A stretch of DNA of 52,379 bases from Minisyncoccota bacterium (lineage in GTDB: Bacteria > Patescibacteriota > Minisyncoccia > Phycocordibacterales > DASSSU01), in NCBI GenBank assembly GCA_035708305.1, contig DASSSU010000037.1, positions 1-52,379 of the forward strand, given 5' to 3'. Position numbers and translations under genes: made by a program. Below, piece by piece: positions 9,118 to 18,554 of the stretch. The notes under the pieces are model-generated. The model saw nothing but the letters and a program-made list of their open reading frames with translations, searched no databases and was not told the origin of the DNA. Numbering within the stretch: the stretch's first letter is position 1; the number at the start of each line of letters is the position of its first letter.

Positions 9118-9831
9118 TCAATGTGCCGCCGCAAGCGAAAGCACTTTTTTCGCACCCGCTTTTCGTAGCGTTCTTTCGGCCTCGCCGAAGGTGGTTCCTG
9201 TGGTGGTCACATCGTCGATCAAAAGAATTACGGCTTCCGAAAGATTCGTGTTTTGTTTTGCCTGAAAGGCGCCGCGCAAGTTCTTCTCTCGTTCTTTGCG
9301 GTTTTTGGTCAGTGTCTGCGGCGGAGTCTCGCGGATTTTTTGGAGTGCCTCTGGATGAAATTCAAACCATGCACCACCATCGATTTCAAACATGCACTTT
9401 GCTATTTCCGCTGACTGGTTGTACTGCCTGTTTTTCAGGCGCCGTTTCGAGAGCGGAATTGGGACCAGCCAGATCTTCTCTTTTTTTGAAATTTCGGAAT
9501 ACATTATTTCTTCGCTGAGCTTTTCCAGGGCCGCGTCGTAGAGGTGTGGTGCAAAATTCTTCGCTGCATTTCGGTTGCCGTGAAATTTCATGGCTCGGAT
9601 GGTGTTCTTCACAGCGGGGTTCCGGTAGCTAAAAACCGCGAAAACATTTTTATCTTCGAAATACTCTTTCGCACTCTGGAGACAGACGAAACACAGACTG
9701 CTTCCCGACTTGCCGCACCCAAGACAGTATTCTGGGAAAAAAAGATCAGCGCAGATCTTGACGAGCGGCTGGAAAAATTTTCTGAAAGGGAAATAGTGTG
9801 GATAAACTCGGTTTTTTGAATCGGTTTTCAT
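9118..9831 (-). CDS. comF: ComF-family competence protein (double zinc ribbon plus PRTase-like domain)
   Basis: CLGC...CFVC, R.YNQS.EIA and LIDDVTTTGTT motifs. Confidence 0.9.
   Translation of the reverse strand: MKTDSKNRVYPHYFPFRKFFQPLVKICADLFFPEYCLGCGKSGSSLCFVCLQSAKEYFEDKNVFAVFSYRNPAVKNTIRAMKFHGNRNAAKNFAPHLYDAALEKLSEEIMYSEISKKEKIWLVPIPLSKRRLKNRQYNQSAEIAKCMFEIDGGAWFEFHPEALQKIRETPPQTLTKNRKEREKNLRGAFQAKQNTNLSEAVILLIDDVTTTGTTFGEAERTLRKAGAKKVLSLAAAH
9797..9805 (-). promoter_or_regulatory. Perfect DnaA box upstream of the pilM promoter
   Basis: TGTGGATAA, the reverse complement of TTATCCACA; extended -10 TGaTACAAT at 9841-9849. Confidence 0.55.
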
Positions 9832-9878
9832 GATTGCTTGTGATACAATTTAGACATAGAAAAACTTTCTTTACAACC

Positions 9879-11015
9879 ATGGCTATTCTCGAACAGGTAA
9901 AAGGCGCTCTTGCAGATGCGCTTCACCTTCAAAAAACTAACAGCGTACTCGGTCTCGATATCGGGAGTTCTTTTGTGAAAGTTGTACAGCTTCGCAAAGA
10001 CGGCGAAAAAGCGGTTTTGGAAACGTACGGGGAGCTTGCGCTCGGTCCGTATGCTGGTTTGGAAGTTGGTCGCGCTGCAAACCTAAAGCCAGAGCAGATC
10101 ATTCAAGCAGTTTTGGCGCTTTTCAGCGAAGCAAACATCACGACGAAAACAGGCTCAGTAGCAATCCCTCTCGGTTCCACACTTTTGTCGCTGATCGAGA
10201 TGCCAAAGATGAACGAAGCGGAACTGGCGAAAACAATTCCTCTTGAGGCGAGAAAATACATCCCGGTCTCTATTTCAGATGTGTCACTGGATTGGTGGAT
10301 CATTCCGGAAAGGAAAGGAGAAGAAGCAGAAGAGGAAGAAGATGAAACCGAGCCGAAAGAAAAGAAGGAGAAAAAAACCGAAGTGTTGATAGTCGCTATT
10401 CACAATGAAGTGCTCACGAAATATAATGACATCATCAACCGCGCAGAGCTTCAGAACAGCTCTTTGGAAATCGAAACATTCAGTGCGGTTCGTTCCACGC
10501 TTTCTCATGACATGTCTCCCTTGATGATGCTTGACCTGGGAGCGGCAACTACGAAACTTTCTTTGGTGGAGCAGGGGATCATCAAAAGTTCCCACATCCT
10601 CAACAAAGGTTCGCAGGACATCACCATCGCGCTTTCCCATTCGCTCAACATGTCCATGCCGAAGGCGGAGGAACTGAAGCGGAAGGTCGGGCTTCTGGGC
10701 GAGGGGGACGATGCAGCCGCAAGCAAGGTCATGGAAGCGGAAGTGGATTATATTTTGACAGAAGCCAACCGTGTTCTTTTAAATTACCAGACGAAGTATC
10801 GCCGTACGGTGACCAAGGTGGTGCTGATCGGCGGCGGAGTGCTTCTGAAGGGTTTCGAAGACGAGGCGAAGAAAAAGCTTTCGACGGAGGTGGTTTATGG
10901 AGATGCGTTTTCGAAAGTTCAGACGCCGCCATTTCTGGAGCCAGTCCTGAAGGAGGCGGGCCCGGAGTTTGCGGTGGCACTCGGCCTTGCCCTCCGTCGT
11001 CTCCAAGATCTTTAA
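9879..11015 (+). CDS. pilM: Type IV pilus assembly protein PilM
   Basis: LGLDIGSS.VKVVQL, LDLGAATT and LIGGG actin-like motifs; start set at ATG 9879. Confidence 0.9.
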   Translation: MAILEQVKGALADALHLQKTNSVLGLDIGSSFVKVVQLRKDGEKAVLETYGELALGPYAGLEVGRAANLKPEQIIQAVLALFSEANITTKTGSVAIPLGSTLLSLIEMPKMNEAELAKTIPLEARKYIPVSISDVSLDWWIIPERKGEEAEEEEDETEPKEKKEKKTEVLIVAIHNEVLTKYNDIINRAELQNSSLEIETFSAVRSTLSHDMSPLMMLDLGAATTKLSLVEQGIIKSSHILNKGSQDITIALSHSLNMSMPKAEELKRKVGLLGEGDDAAASKVMEAEVDYILTEANRVLLNYQTKYRRTVTKVVLIGGGVLLKGFEDEAKKKLSTEVVYGDAFSKVQTPPFLEPVLKEAGPEFAVALGLALRRLQDL

Positions 11016-11137
11016 AATTTCCAAAATTGGCGATCTGCTGTGTTAAGCTCTCCATTTTGACCCTCACTGTACGAAAGCAGTACGACTCGGGATCAAAATG
11101 GAGAGCTTACCTTGCATGTTATCCAATTGTGAAAGTT
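11016..11137 (+). repeat. Family B nested hairpin, copy B3
   Basis: Directly after the pilM TAA; inner IR taagctctccattttga/tcaaaatggagagctta; core ctcactgtac-gaaagca-gtacgactc; loops cgatctgctgtgtt and ccttgcatgttat. Confidence 0.85.
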
Positions 11138-11231
11138 AGATAGTGGTTTTAAAAGTTTGTTAGAAAACAAACTTCGTCCAAATCTGAAACCTTTTATCGT
11201 GGCAAGACCAAAAATTATTTAATTACTCAAC

Positions 11232-11927
11232 ATGCCAGATTTTAAAACATCATTCATTCCCAAAAAGACCATTGCGAGGGCGAAGGTACAGACCGGAACC
11301 CCGGTGGATCTTTTTCTGGTGATTGCAGTTCTCATTTTTCTTCTCGCGGCTTTGGCGGCAGGAGGAGTCTTTGCGTATCAGTTCAAAGTAAAGAGTGACA
11401 TCACGAAAAAAAGCGAACAGCTTGCTCTGGCGCGGAAGGAAATTGACCCAAATCTCATTGCGCAGTTGGAGAGCCTGGACTTGCAGCTTGGAAAAGCCAA
11501 AGAAGTTCTTGGTACTCACCAGGCGATGACCACTCTTTTCGATAAATTAGAGCAGAACACACTTTTGAGCGTACAGTTTGATTCGTTTGCTTACTCGCGC
11601 AACAAAGACGTCCACCAGATTACGATGAATGGCGAAGCAAAAAACTACATGTCTCTGGCGCTTCAGTCAGATGTTTTCAGCAAAGCGGGATTTATTAAGA
11701 ATGCTGTTTTCTCAAACCTCAACCTGAACACAGCGGGGAATGTCCAGTTCCAGATGGTTGCGGATGTAGACCCGTCTATTTTCACTTACACGCCACAGGA
11801 CGGTTCGCCGGACGGCAGTATGGATAACGCCACGGGAACAGGTATCGGAAGTTCCAATACTCCTGTATCGACGCAAAGCCAAACCGTTCCGACGGGAACA
11901 CCGCAAGCCCCAGCAACGCCGCAATAA
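11232..11927 (+). CDS. PilN-like pilus alignment protein
   Basis: Single N-terminal TM, coiled coil and ferredoxin-like pattern; lies between pilM and pilO. Confidence 0.7.
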   Translation: MPDFKTSFIPKKTIARAKVQTGTPVDLFLVIAVLIFLLAALAAGGVFAYQFKVKSDITKKSEQLALARKEIDPNLIAQLESLDLQLGKAKEVLGTHQAMTTLFDKLEQNTLLSVQFDSFAYSRNKDVHQITMNGEAKNYMSLALQSDVFSKAGFIKNAVFSNLNLNTAGNVQFQMVADVDPSIFTYTPQDGSPDGSMDNATGTGIGSSNTPVSTQSQTVPTGTPQAPATPQ

Positions 11928-11941
11928 TTCCGAATAAACAT

Positions 11942-12514
11942 ATGAATTCAAGCAAATTACTTTTTCCGATCCTTCTCATCATCGCCGCCGGTTTGATCTT
12001 TTATCTTTTTATCAACCCGACATATGCGAATGTGAACAATCTTAAACAAGAGCGCGCGCAGTACGATACAGCACTTGGAGATGCTGCTCAGCTTCAAGAA
12101 AAACTTCAATCCCTCCGCGAACAGCTGAACAGCTTTTCTCCGGATGAACTGACTCGGCTTGATCACATGCTTCCGAATCACGTGGACAACGTGCGCCTCA
12201 TTTTGGAACTCAATGCAATTGCTGCCCGCAACAACATGGTGATGAAGAACATCAACTTTGCCCTGGCTCCGGATGCATCAGGCAATGCGAACAGTCCATC
12301 CAACAGCCAAACGAAAGAAGTTCAGACAGTTGGAGTGAGTTTTTCGGTGAAAGGAGATTATCATACGCTCATAGCATTTTTGCAGGATCTGGAAAGAAGC
12401 TTGCGCATGATCGACATCGAATCGGTCAACTTCAGCGTACCGCAGGGTTCCACGGCTGATTCTTCAACATACACTTACAGCATTGTTCTTCACACTTATT
12501 GGCTGAATTATTAA
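11942..12514 (+). CDS. pilO: PilO-like pilus alignment protein
   Basis: N-terminal TM, coiled coil, V.G.Y..L..FL.DLE.SLR.IDI pattern. Confidence 0.8.
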   Translation: MNSSKLLFPILLIIAAGLIFYLFINPTYANVNNLKQERAQYDTALGDAAQLQEKLQSLREQLNSFSPDELTRLDHMLPNHVDNVRLILELNAIAARNNMVMKNINFALAPDASGNANSPSNSQTKEVQTVGVSFSVKGDYHTLIAFLQDLERSLRMIDIESVNFSVPQGSTADSSTYTYSIVLHTYWLNY

Positions 12515-12526
12515 ACACATATCAAC

Positions 12527-13102
12527 ATGGGAGACAAGAAACAAATAGGACTTTTCATTCTTCTGGTCGCGGTACTGGCTGTTGCGTATTTTGGTTACCG
12601 ATCATTTTCCAGCGGACAGAAAGGGGCAGCGCTCATCTCTGGAGATGCAAACCAGGAGAGCGCCACGGTAGCGGGGCAGCAGATTCTCTCGCTCTTGGAT
12701 GATCTGAAAAAAATTCATCTCGATGACTCTATTTTTGCTGATCCGTCATTCCTTTCACTCAAAGACTTCACCGTATCTATTCAAAATCAGCCGAAGGGAC
12801 GTCCAAACCCATTCTCGCCGATCGGAGATGACGACTTCAGCGGATTTCAGAGAGAAGACATGACTTCCGACGCATCCTCTTCTTCTGCAGGAACCTCTTC
12901 TTCCGTGGCCGGCTCGCAGACTTCTGTAATCCCGACTGGCACACAGACAAATCCGAACTCTTCCGAATCTGCACCTTCTGATTCATCAGCAAATTCCGGA
13001 ACTGCACCGACGAACCAGCCCACTTCTGACAATTCTTTCGGTTCTCCAGTAAATTCCGGCCCAACCGTTCCGCCACCAAGCCCGGCTGTTCCTTCCATGT
13101 AG
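12527..13102 (+). CDS. Membrane-anchored hypothetical protein in the PilP position, with Ser/Thr/Pro-rich tail
   Basis: N-terminal TM, GRPNPF motif resembling PilP RDPF, low-complexity C-terminus. Confidence 0.6.
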   Translation: MGDKKQIGLFILLVAVLAVAYFGYRSFSSGQKGAALISGDANQESATVAGQQILSLLDDLKKIHLDDSIFADPSFLSLKDFTVSIQNQPKGRPNPFSPIGDDDFSGFQREDMTSDASSSSAGTSSSVAGSQTSVIPTGTQTNPNSSESAPSDSSANSGTAPTNQPTSDNSFGSPVNSGPTVPPPSPAVPSM

Positions 13103-13107
13103 GCAAC

Positions 13108-13138
13108 AAGCGGGAGTGTTTGGAAAACTTCCGCTTTT
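13108..13138 (+). terminator. Possible weak terminator or processing hairpin before pilB
   Basis: aagcgggagt/acttccgctt stem with a short T run. Confidence 0.4.
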
Positions 13139-13155
13139 AAATTCCACTCTTTTTT

Positions 13156-15051
13156 ATGAGTTTTCTTGAAGAACTGGTACAGCGTGGTGTTCTCAATCGG
13201 GAAGAAGTTCCTATTGTTTTGAAGCTGGCTCATGACACGGGAACGGACATTGATTCGGCACTCCTCTCCCGCGGAGTAGACGAGCGGACCCTCATGAGGA
13301 TCAAGGGGGAGTATCTTCGCATGCCAGTCCGAGTACTCGGAGGGAACCCGGTTCCATACCGAGTGCTTCAGTATATTCCAGAAAATTCCGCTCGGCACTA
13401 TCACTTTGTTCCGATCGGCATCAAGGACAGCGTGCTTGAGATTGGAATTACTGATCCGAACAACATTGAAGCGATGGATGCGCTTCAGTTTATCTCTACA
13501 AAGATAAAAATGCCGTTTCGGGTTTTTCTCATTTCTGAAAAAGATTTTGCGGCAGTTTTGGCGGGCTATCAAGGTTTGCCGGGAGAAATGTCCACGGCTT
13601 TGGCACAGCTCGCGGGAGAGTTTCAGCCACTTCAGGATTCCACAGTAGAAGACATTCCAGGGGAAAATAAAGAAAAAGTCGATGGCGCTTCCGTATCCCA
13701 CGAAAATAATAATCCAAATGATGACGACGATGGTGTTGAAACCGAAGAAGATGACGGGAGCGGAACGAGTGCTCATGCAGAAGGAGTGAAAAAGGACCTT
13801 CAAAAAACTCTTGCGGATGCAGCAAAACCAGAAGCGGCACAGAAAGACAAAGACGGAAAGTCGCATATTGTTGAGGACGCGCCGGTTTCAAAAATGGTGG
13901 CGGTGATTTTGCGGCATGCAACCGAAGGGAACGCTTCGGACATTCACATTGAGCACACGGGAGACAAAATCCGAGTGCGCTTCCGTATTGACGGCGAGCT
14001 GCACACGAGTATTTTGCTTCCAACCAATGTGCACGCAGCGATGGTTTCACGCATCAAGATTCTTTCCAACCTGAAGCTTGACGAAAAACGTAAGCCGCAA
14101 GACGGACGCTTTTCCGCCAAAATAGACGGAAGAAGAATCGACTTTCGCGTTTCCACGTATCCGGCATATTATGGTGAAAAGGTGGTGATGCGTATTCTTG
14201 ACTCGGAAAAGGGAATCAAGAGTATTGATCAGTTGGATTTCCAGAAAGGTCAGCTGGAAAAGATCAAAGCGGCTATCAAGCGCCCGTATGGAATGATCCT
14301 GATTACCGGGCCGACCGGCTCAGGAAAATCCACAACCCTGTATTCTATGCTGAACGAACTGGACCGTCAGAAAGATAACGTGGTGAGCCTGGAAGATCCG
14401 GTGGAATACACGATCGAGGGGGTGAACCAGTCCAACGTGCGGCCGGAAATCGGGTACACGTTTGCGACCGGACTTCGTTCGATCCTGCGACAAGACCCCG
14501 ACGTGATCATGGTTGGTGAGATCCGCGACAAAGAAACTGCGCAGCTTGCGATCCAGGCGGCCTTGACCGGACACTTGGTTTTCTCCACGCTTCACACCAA
14601 CACGGCGGCTGGTGCGATTCCGCGCTTGATCGATATGGGAGTTGATCCATACTTGATCGCACCAACGCTTATCTTGGCAATTGGACAGCGCCTCACTCGT
14701 GCGCTTTGCGAAGGAGGAGGGAAGCCAATTCCGGTAGACGAAGCGATGCAGGTGATGTTTGACAAGCAATTTGAAGATCTTCCGAAAAAATTCCGAGACG
14801 AGATCAAAATTCCAGATCATGTCTACGAAGCGGTTCCTACTGCCGAATGTCCGGGAGGGACTCGGGGACGTATGGCCGTGTTTGAAATCCTGGATGTCAA
14901 TGCGGACGTTCGTCACGCGATTTTAAACAAACCTGTGGAAAGTGAAGTATTTCAAGTTGCTCGGAACAATGGTATGCTTACGATGAAGGAGGATGCTCTT
15001 TTGAAAGCGTTTGACGGGAAGATACCTTATATCGAAGTCAATAAGCTCTGA
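13156..15051 (+). CDS. pilB: PilB/GspE-family extension ATPase
   Basis: ASDIHIE, PQDGR, GPTGSGKSTT, EDPVEY, LRQDPDVIMVGEIRD and TGHLVFSTLHTN motifs; N-terminal T2SSE_N-like domain. Confidence 0.95.
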   Translation: MSFLEELVQRGVLNREEVPIVLKLAHDTGTDIDSALLSRGVDERTLMRIKGEYLRMPVRVLGGNPVPYRVLQYIPENSARHYHFVPIGIKDSVLEIGITDPNNIEAMDALQFISTKIKMPFRVFLISEKDFAAVLAGYQGLPGEMSTALAQLAGEFQPLQDSTVEDIPGENKEKVDGASVSHENNNPNDDDDGVETEEDDGSGTSAHAEGVKKDLQKTLADAAKPEAAQKDKDGKSHIVEDAPVSKMVAVILRHATEGNASDIHIEHTGDKIRVRFRIDGELHTSILLPTNVHAAMVSRIKILSNLKLDEKRKPQDGRFSAKIDGRRIDFRVSTYPAYYGEKVVMRILDSEKGIKSIDQLDFQKGQLEKIKAAIKRPYGMILITGPTGSGKSTTLYSMLNELDRQKDNVVSLEDPVEYTIEGVNQSNVRPEIGYTFATGLRSILRQDPDVIMVGEIRDKETAQLAIQAALTGHLVFSTLHTNTAAGAIPRLIDMGVDPYLIAPTLILAIGQRLTRALCEGGGKPIPVDEAMQVMFDKQFEDLPKKFRDEIKIPDHVYEAVPTAECPGGTRGRMAVFEILDVNADVRHAILNKPVESEVFQVARNNGMLTMKEDALLKAFDGKIPYIEVNKL

Positions 15052-15170
15052 GACTTCCATTCTTGGCACTCTTCTGCGTTGAGCAATTTTATTTTGGCAT
15101 TCACCGTACGAAGAGTACGGCTCATACCAAAATAAAATGCTCGCCTTGAATAGCGCTCAAGAATGAAACC
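15052..15170 (+). repeat. Family B nested hairpin, copy B6
   Basis: Directly after the pilB TGA; inner IR gagcaattttattttgg/ccaaaataaaatgctc; core tcaccgtac-gaaga-gtacggctc; outer cattcttg/caagaatg. Confidence 0.85.
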
Positions 15171-15278
15171 CCTAGGAAATCTAAAACTTTCAGCGAACGC
15201 TTGTATGTCAAGAATGAAACCATTTGAACAGTGGTTTGAATTCAAAAAGGTGGAAGAAAAATTTTTAAATACAAAAAC

Positions 15279-15713
15279 ATGGGCGAGGAAATGAAAAACA
15301 AAAATATTCTCATTGTCGATGATGACAAGTTTCTTTTGGACATGTATTCGATCAAGTTCGGTGAACACGGCTTCACGGTCACGAGCTGCCTGGGAAGCGT
15401 GGAAGCGCTGGAAAAGATCAAAGAAGGACTTCATCCGGATGTGATGCTTTTGGATGTGATCATGCCGACTATGGACGGGTTTGAGTTTTTGGAAAAAGTG
15501 CGAAAAGAAAATCTCCTCCCTGAAACGGTCGTGATCATGCTTACCAACTTGGGACAGGAAGAGGACATTGAGCGCGGAAAGTCTCTTGGAGCAAAAGGCT
15601 ACATTGTGAAGGCTTCTGCAACCCCTACGGAGGTGGTGAAAGAAGTCTCCACGCTTGCCCAGTCTTTTGGCAATATGAGCAAAAAAATCCCGGTGTCGGC
15701 GGTGGGAGAATAA
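15279..15713 (+). CDS. Single-domain response regulator (CheY-like receiver)
   Basis: ILIVDDD, LLDVIMP.MDG, MLTN and YIVK motifs; no output domain. Confidence 0.9.
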   Translation: MGEEMKNKNILIVDDDKFLLDMYSIKFGEHGFTVTSCLGSVEALEKIKEGLHPDVMLLDVIMPTMDGFEFLEKVRKENLLPETVVIMLTNLGQEEDIERGKSLGAKGYIVKASATPTEVVKEVSTLAQSFGNMSKKIPVSAVGE

Positions 15714-15733
15714 ACATTTAATCAGATAAAACT

Positions 15734-16798
15734 ATGGTGGATTACAAAAAAGAACTGGAAGATCTCATGCTTTACGTGATTCGCGAGGGCGGGTCGGATC
15801 TGCATTTGTCGGTAGGAAAGACTCCTCACATCCGCGTTTCGGGAAGCTTGGTGCCGCTTATGCGAAAAACGCCGCTTACTCATGAAGACACCATGGAATT
15901 TGTTTCGCTGCTTCTGGATGATGAGAAGAAGCAACAGTTTCTTCGCGAACAGGAGATAGACTTTTCTTACTCATTTTCGGATGATGCGCGTTTTCGCTGC
16001 AATGCCTTCTTTCAATCCGGGGATGTGGGGATTGCCATGCGTCTTATTCCGGAGCACATCCGTAACGTGACAGAGCTGAACCTTCCGCCGATTTTGGAGA
16101 CGTTTTCCCAAAAGAAGCAAGGATTTTTCTTGGTGGTAGGGCCGATCGGGCAGGGGAAATCCACCACGCTTGCCGCACTGATCAACATGATCAACGTGAC
16201 GCGCTCGGTGCACATTCTCACGATTGAAGATCCGATCGAGTACATTTTTAAAGAAGACAAAGCCATCATTGATCAGCGTGAAGTTCACACCGACACGGAC
16301 AGCTTCCCGGCGGCACTTCGTTCGATGTTCCGTCAGGATGTGGACGTGCTGATGATCGGAGAAATGCGCAGCCAAGAAACGATTTCATCTGCTGTGACGG
16401 CAGCGGAAACCGGACACTTGGTTTTCTCCACGCTTCACACCAACACCGCGGCGCAAACTGTTGACCGTATTGTGGACAGCTTCCCCTCCGATCAGCAGAA
16501 CCAGATCCGCATGCAGTTAGCTTCTGGTCTGATCGGAGTTTTCTCGCAGCGCCTCATTCCGCGGGTGGGTGGCGGGATGGTCCCGGCGGGGGAGCTTATG
16601 GTAAATACCAGTGCGGTTTCCAACCTGATCCGCGAGGGACGGAGTCACGAGATCCCATCGGTGATCGAAACTGGGTCTGAGTTTGGAATGATCGATATGA
16701 ACCGTTCGCTGCTGGATTTGGTGCAGTCGGGTGAGATTTCGTATGAGGATGCGATACTGAACTCCCAAAACCCTCGTGGTTTGGAGAGATTACTGTAA
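15734..16798 (+). CDS. pilT: Type IV pilus retraction ATPase PilT
   Basis: SDLHL, GPIGQGKSTT, EDPIE, TGHLVFSTLHT and AVSNLIRE (AIRNLIRE-like) motifs. Confidence 0.95.
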   Translation: MVDYKKELEDLMLYVIREGGSDLHLSVGKTPHIRVSGSLVPLMRKTPLTHEDTMEFVSLLLDDEKKQQFLREQEIDFSYSFSDDARFRCNAFFQSGDVGIAMRLIPEHIRNVTELNLPPILETFSQKKQGFFLVVGPIGQGKSTTLAALINMINVTRSVHILTIEDPIEYIFKEDKAIIDQREVHTDTDSFPAALRSMFRQDVDVLMIGEMRSQETISSAVTAAETGHLVFSTLHTNTAAQTVDRIVDSFPSDQQNQIRMQLASGLIGVFSQRLIPRVGGGMVPAGELMVNTSAVSNLIREGRSHEIPSVIETGSEFGMIDMNRSLLDLVQSGEISYEDAILNSQNPRGLERLL

Positions 16799-16915
16799 GA
16801 CTTCCAAATTGAGCGATCTCCTGTGTCAAAGCCTGTATTTTCCTGTTCATCTGCCTATGGCAGACTCACAGCAAAATGCAGACTTTTCCTTGAATCTCAC
16901 CTCAATTTGAAAGCC
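16799..16915 (+). repeat. Family B nested hairpin, copy B7 (variant core)
   Basis: Directly after the pilT TAA; outer cttccaaattgag/ctcaatttgaaag; loops cgatctcctgtgtc and tccttgaatctcac; core tca-tctgc-ctatg-gcaga-ctc. Confidence 0.8.
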
Positions 16916-16999
16916 TCTCACGTATTTCCGAGTTTAAAGATTCTGAGAAATGAAACCCTTGCTCTCGGTGGTTCCCTGAAAAAATCCTTGTCACCTAAA

Positions 17000-17069
17000 C
17001 CAGAGATCGTTTCGTGTTCTTTTCGAAGTTTGTGGGCTTCACGAGAAAAGAATATGAAACGATCTCTGG
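17000..17069 (+). repeat. Family A hairpin, copy A4
   Basis: ccagagatcgtttc-gtgttcttttcgaagtttgtgggcttcacgagaaaagaatat-gaaacgatctctgg. Confidence 0.85.
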
Positions 17070-17136
17070 ACACATCCAAACTTTGAATCTTGTTTAAATT
17101 TAAAACCTGCTTCTGAAATTTTAAAAAAATATTACC

Positions 17137-18336
17137 ATGCTTTTCAAATACAGTGTTGTAAGTTCTGAAGGAGAAGAAAAGACCGGAACCATTGATGCCG
17201 CCAACCAGGATGTGGCAATTACGTCTCTTCAGAGAAAAGGATTCATCGTGTCTTCCGTTACGCCGGATGAGGGTGGAAAATTTCTTAAGATGGATTTGCA
17301 GATCTTTGAAAAAGTTTCCAACAAGGAAGTGGTGATTCTTTCTCGGCAAATTTCTACGCTTTTTGAGTCGCACGTCTCAGCGCTTCGTGTTTTTCGGCTC
17401 CTTGCCGAAAGCGTGGATAACCCGCTGCTTTCCAGAATCCTCACGGAAATTTCCAACGACATCCAGGGTGGTCTCTCCATTTCCGCCGCCATGAAAAAAC
17501 ATCCAAAGGTATTTACGGATTTTTATGTAAACATGGTGCGTTCGGGAGAAGAGTCTGGACGTTTGAACGAAACCTTTCTTTACCTTGCAGAATATCTTGA
17601 TCGTACGTACGAGATTGTTTCTAAATCCCGAAACGCGCTTATTTACCCGGCATTTGTGATCCTCGTGTTTGTGGTCGTGATGGTGCTCATGCTTACGATG
17701 GTGATCCCGCAGCTCACCAAAATCATTAAAGAATCCGGTCAAGAGCCGCCGATTTATACGCAGATTGTCATTGCCATCTCGGACTTCCTGGTGAACTACG
17801 GTTTGTACCTGGGATTATTCATCGTGGCAGTAGGAATTGCTACTTGGCTCTACGGCGGACGTTTCGGGCTTTCTTGGGGGCGTACAAAAATCAGTCTGCC
17901 CTACATGGGGCCTCTGTTCCGCAAGTTTTATCTTTCGCGCATTGCCGACAACCTAAACACGATGATTACCAGTGGTATCCCGATGGTGCGTACGATTGAG
18001 ATCACGGCGAGTGTGGTGGGTAATTCCGTGTACGAAGACATCATGAAAGATGTTGCAGAACAGGTTCGCGGCGGAAACTCTGTCTCCAGCTCCATGGCTC
18101 AGCATCCGGAAATTCCAAACATTATGATCCAAATGACCAAGGTGGGGGAGGAAACTGGAGAGTTGGGAACCATCCTTGCTACTCTCGCGAAGTTTTATCG
18201 GCGTGAAGTGGACAATGCCGTTGATACGATGATCAGCCTGATCGAACCGGCAATGATCGTGGCGCTTGGTTTGGCGGTGGGAGTTTTGCTGGCGTCGGTA
18301 CTTATGCCGATTTATAATCTCTCCTCCGCAATTTAA
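17137..18336 (+). CDS. pilC: PilC/GspF inner-membrane platform protein
   Basis: SRQISTL..S, V.SGEESG.L, GEETGEL and IEP.MIV motifs; two T2SSF repeats. Confidence 0.95.
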   Translation: MLFKYSVVSSEGEEKTGTIDAANQDVAITSLQRKGFIVSSVTPDEGGKFLKMDLQIFEKVSNKEVVILSRQISTLFESHVSALRVFRLLAESVDNPLLSRILTEISNDIQGGLSISAAMKKHPKVFTDFYVNMVRSGEESGRLNETFLYLAEYLDRTYEIVSKSRNALIYPAFVILVFVVVMVLMLTMVIPQLTKIIKESGQEPPIYTQIVIAISDFLVNYGLYLGLFIVAVGIATWLYGGRFGLSWGRTKISLPYMGPLFRKFYLSRIADNLNTMITSGIPMVRTIEITASVVGNSVYEDIMKDVAEQVRGGNSVSSSMAQHPEIPNIMIQMTKVGEETGELGTILATLAKFYRREVDNAVDTMISLIEPAMIVALGLAVGVLLASVLMPIYNLSSAI

Positions 18337-18459
18337 TTAAAACTTTCAAAATTGGCGATCTGCTGCGTTAAAAGAAAAAGTGCTTGGTCACCGTACTATC
18401 CGTACGGCTCCCGGCGCACTTTTTCTTTTGCCTTGCATCTCATCCAATTTTGAAAGTTT
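18337..18459 (+). repeat. Family B nested hairpin, copy B4
   Basis: Outer IR aactttcaaaattgg/ccaattttgaaagtt; inner aaaagaaaaagtgc/gcactttttctttt; core ggtcaccgtac-tatcc-gtacggctcc; starts after the pilC TAA. Confidence 0.9.
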
Positions 18460-18554
18460 TATTTTTCAAAACATTGGAAGTGGTTTTTTAGTGAAAATGC
18501 ACTCAGGAATGAGCGTTTTTTCTTTGTAATATTCTGAAGGTGTTTACTCGAGAG

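Noticed and set aside
12847-13866. 339-aa minus-strand ORF
   Set aside because: Antisense shadow of the PilP-position gene and pilB with no protein-like motifs
15158-15221. 13-bp direct repeat caagaatgaaacc 51 nt apart
   Set aside because: One copy is the B6 outer arm; too short and isolated to call a separate element
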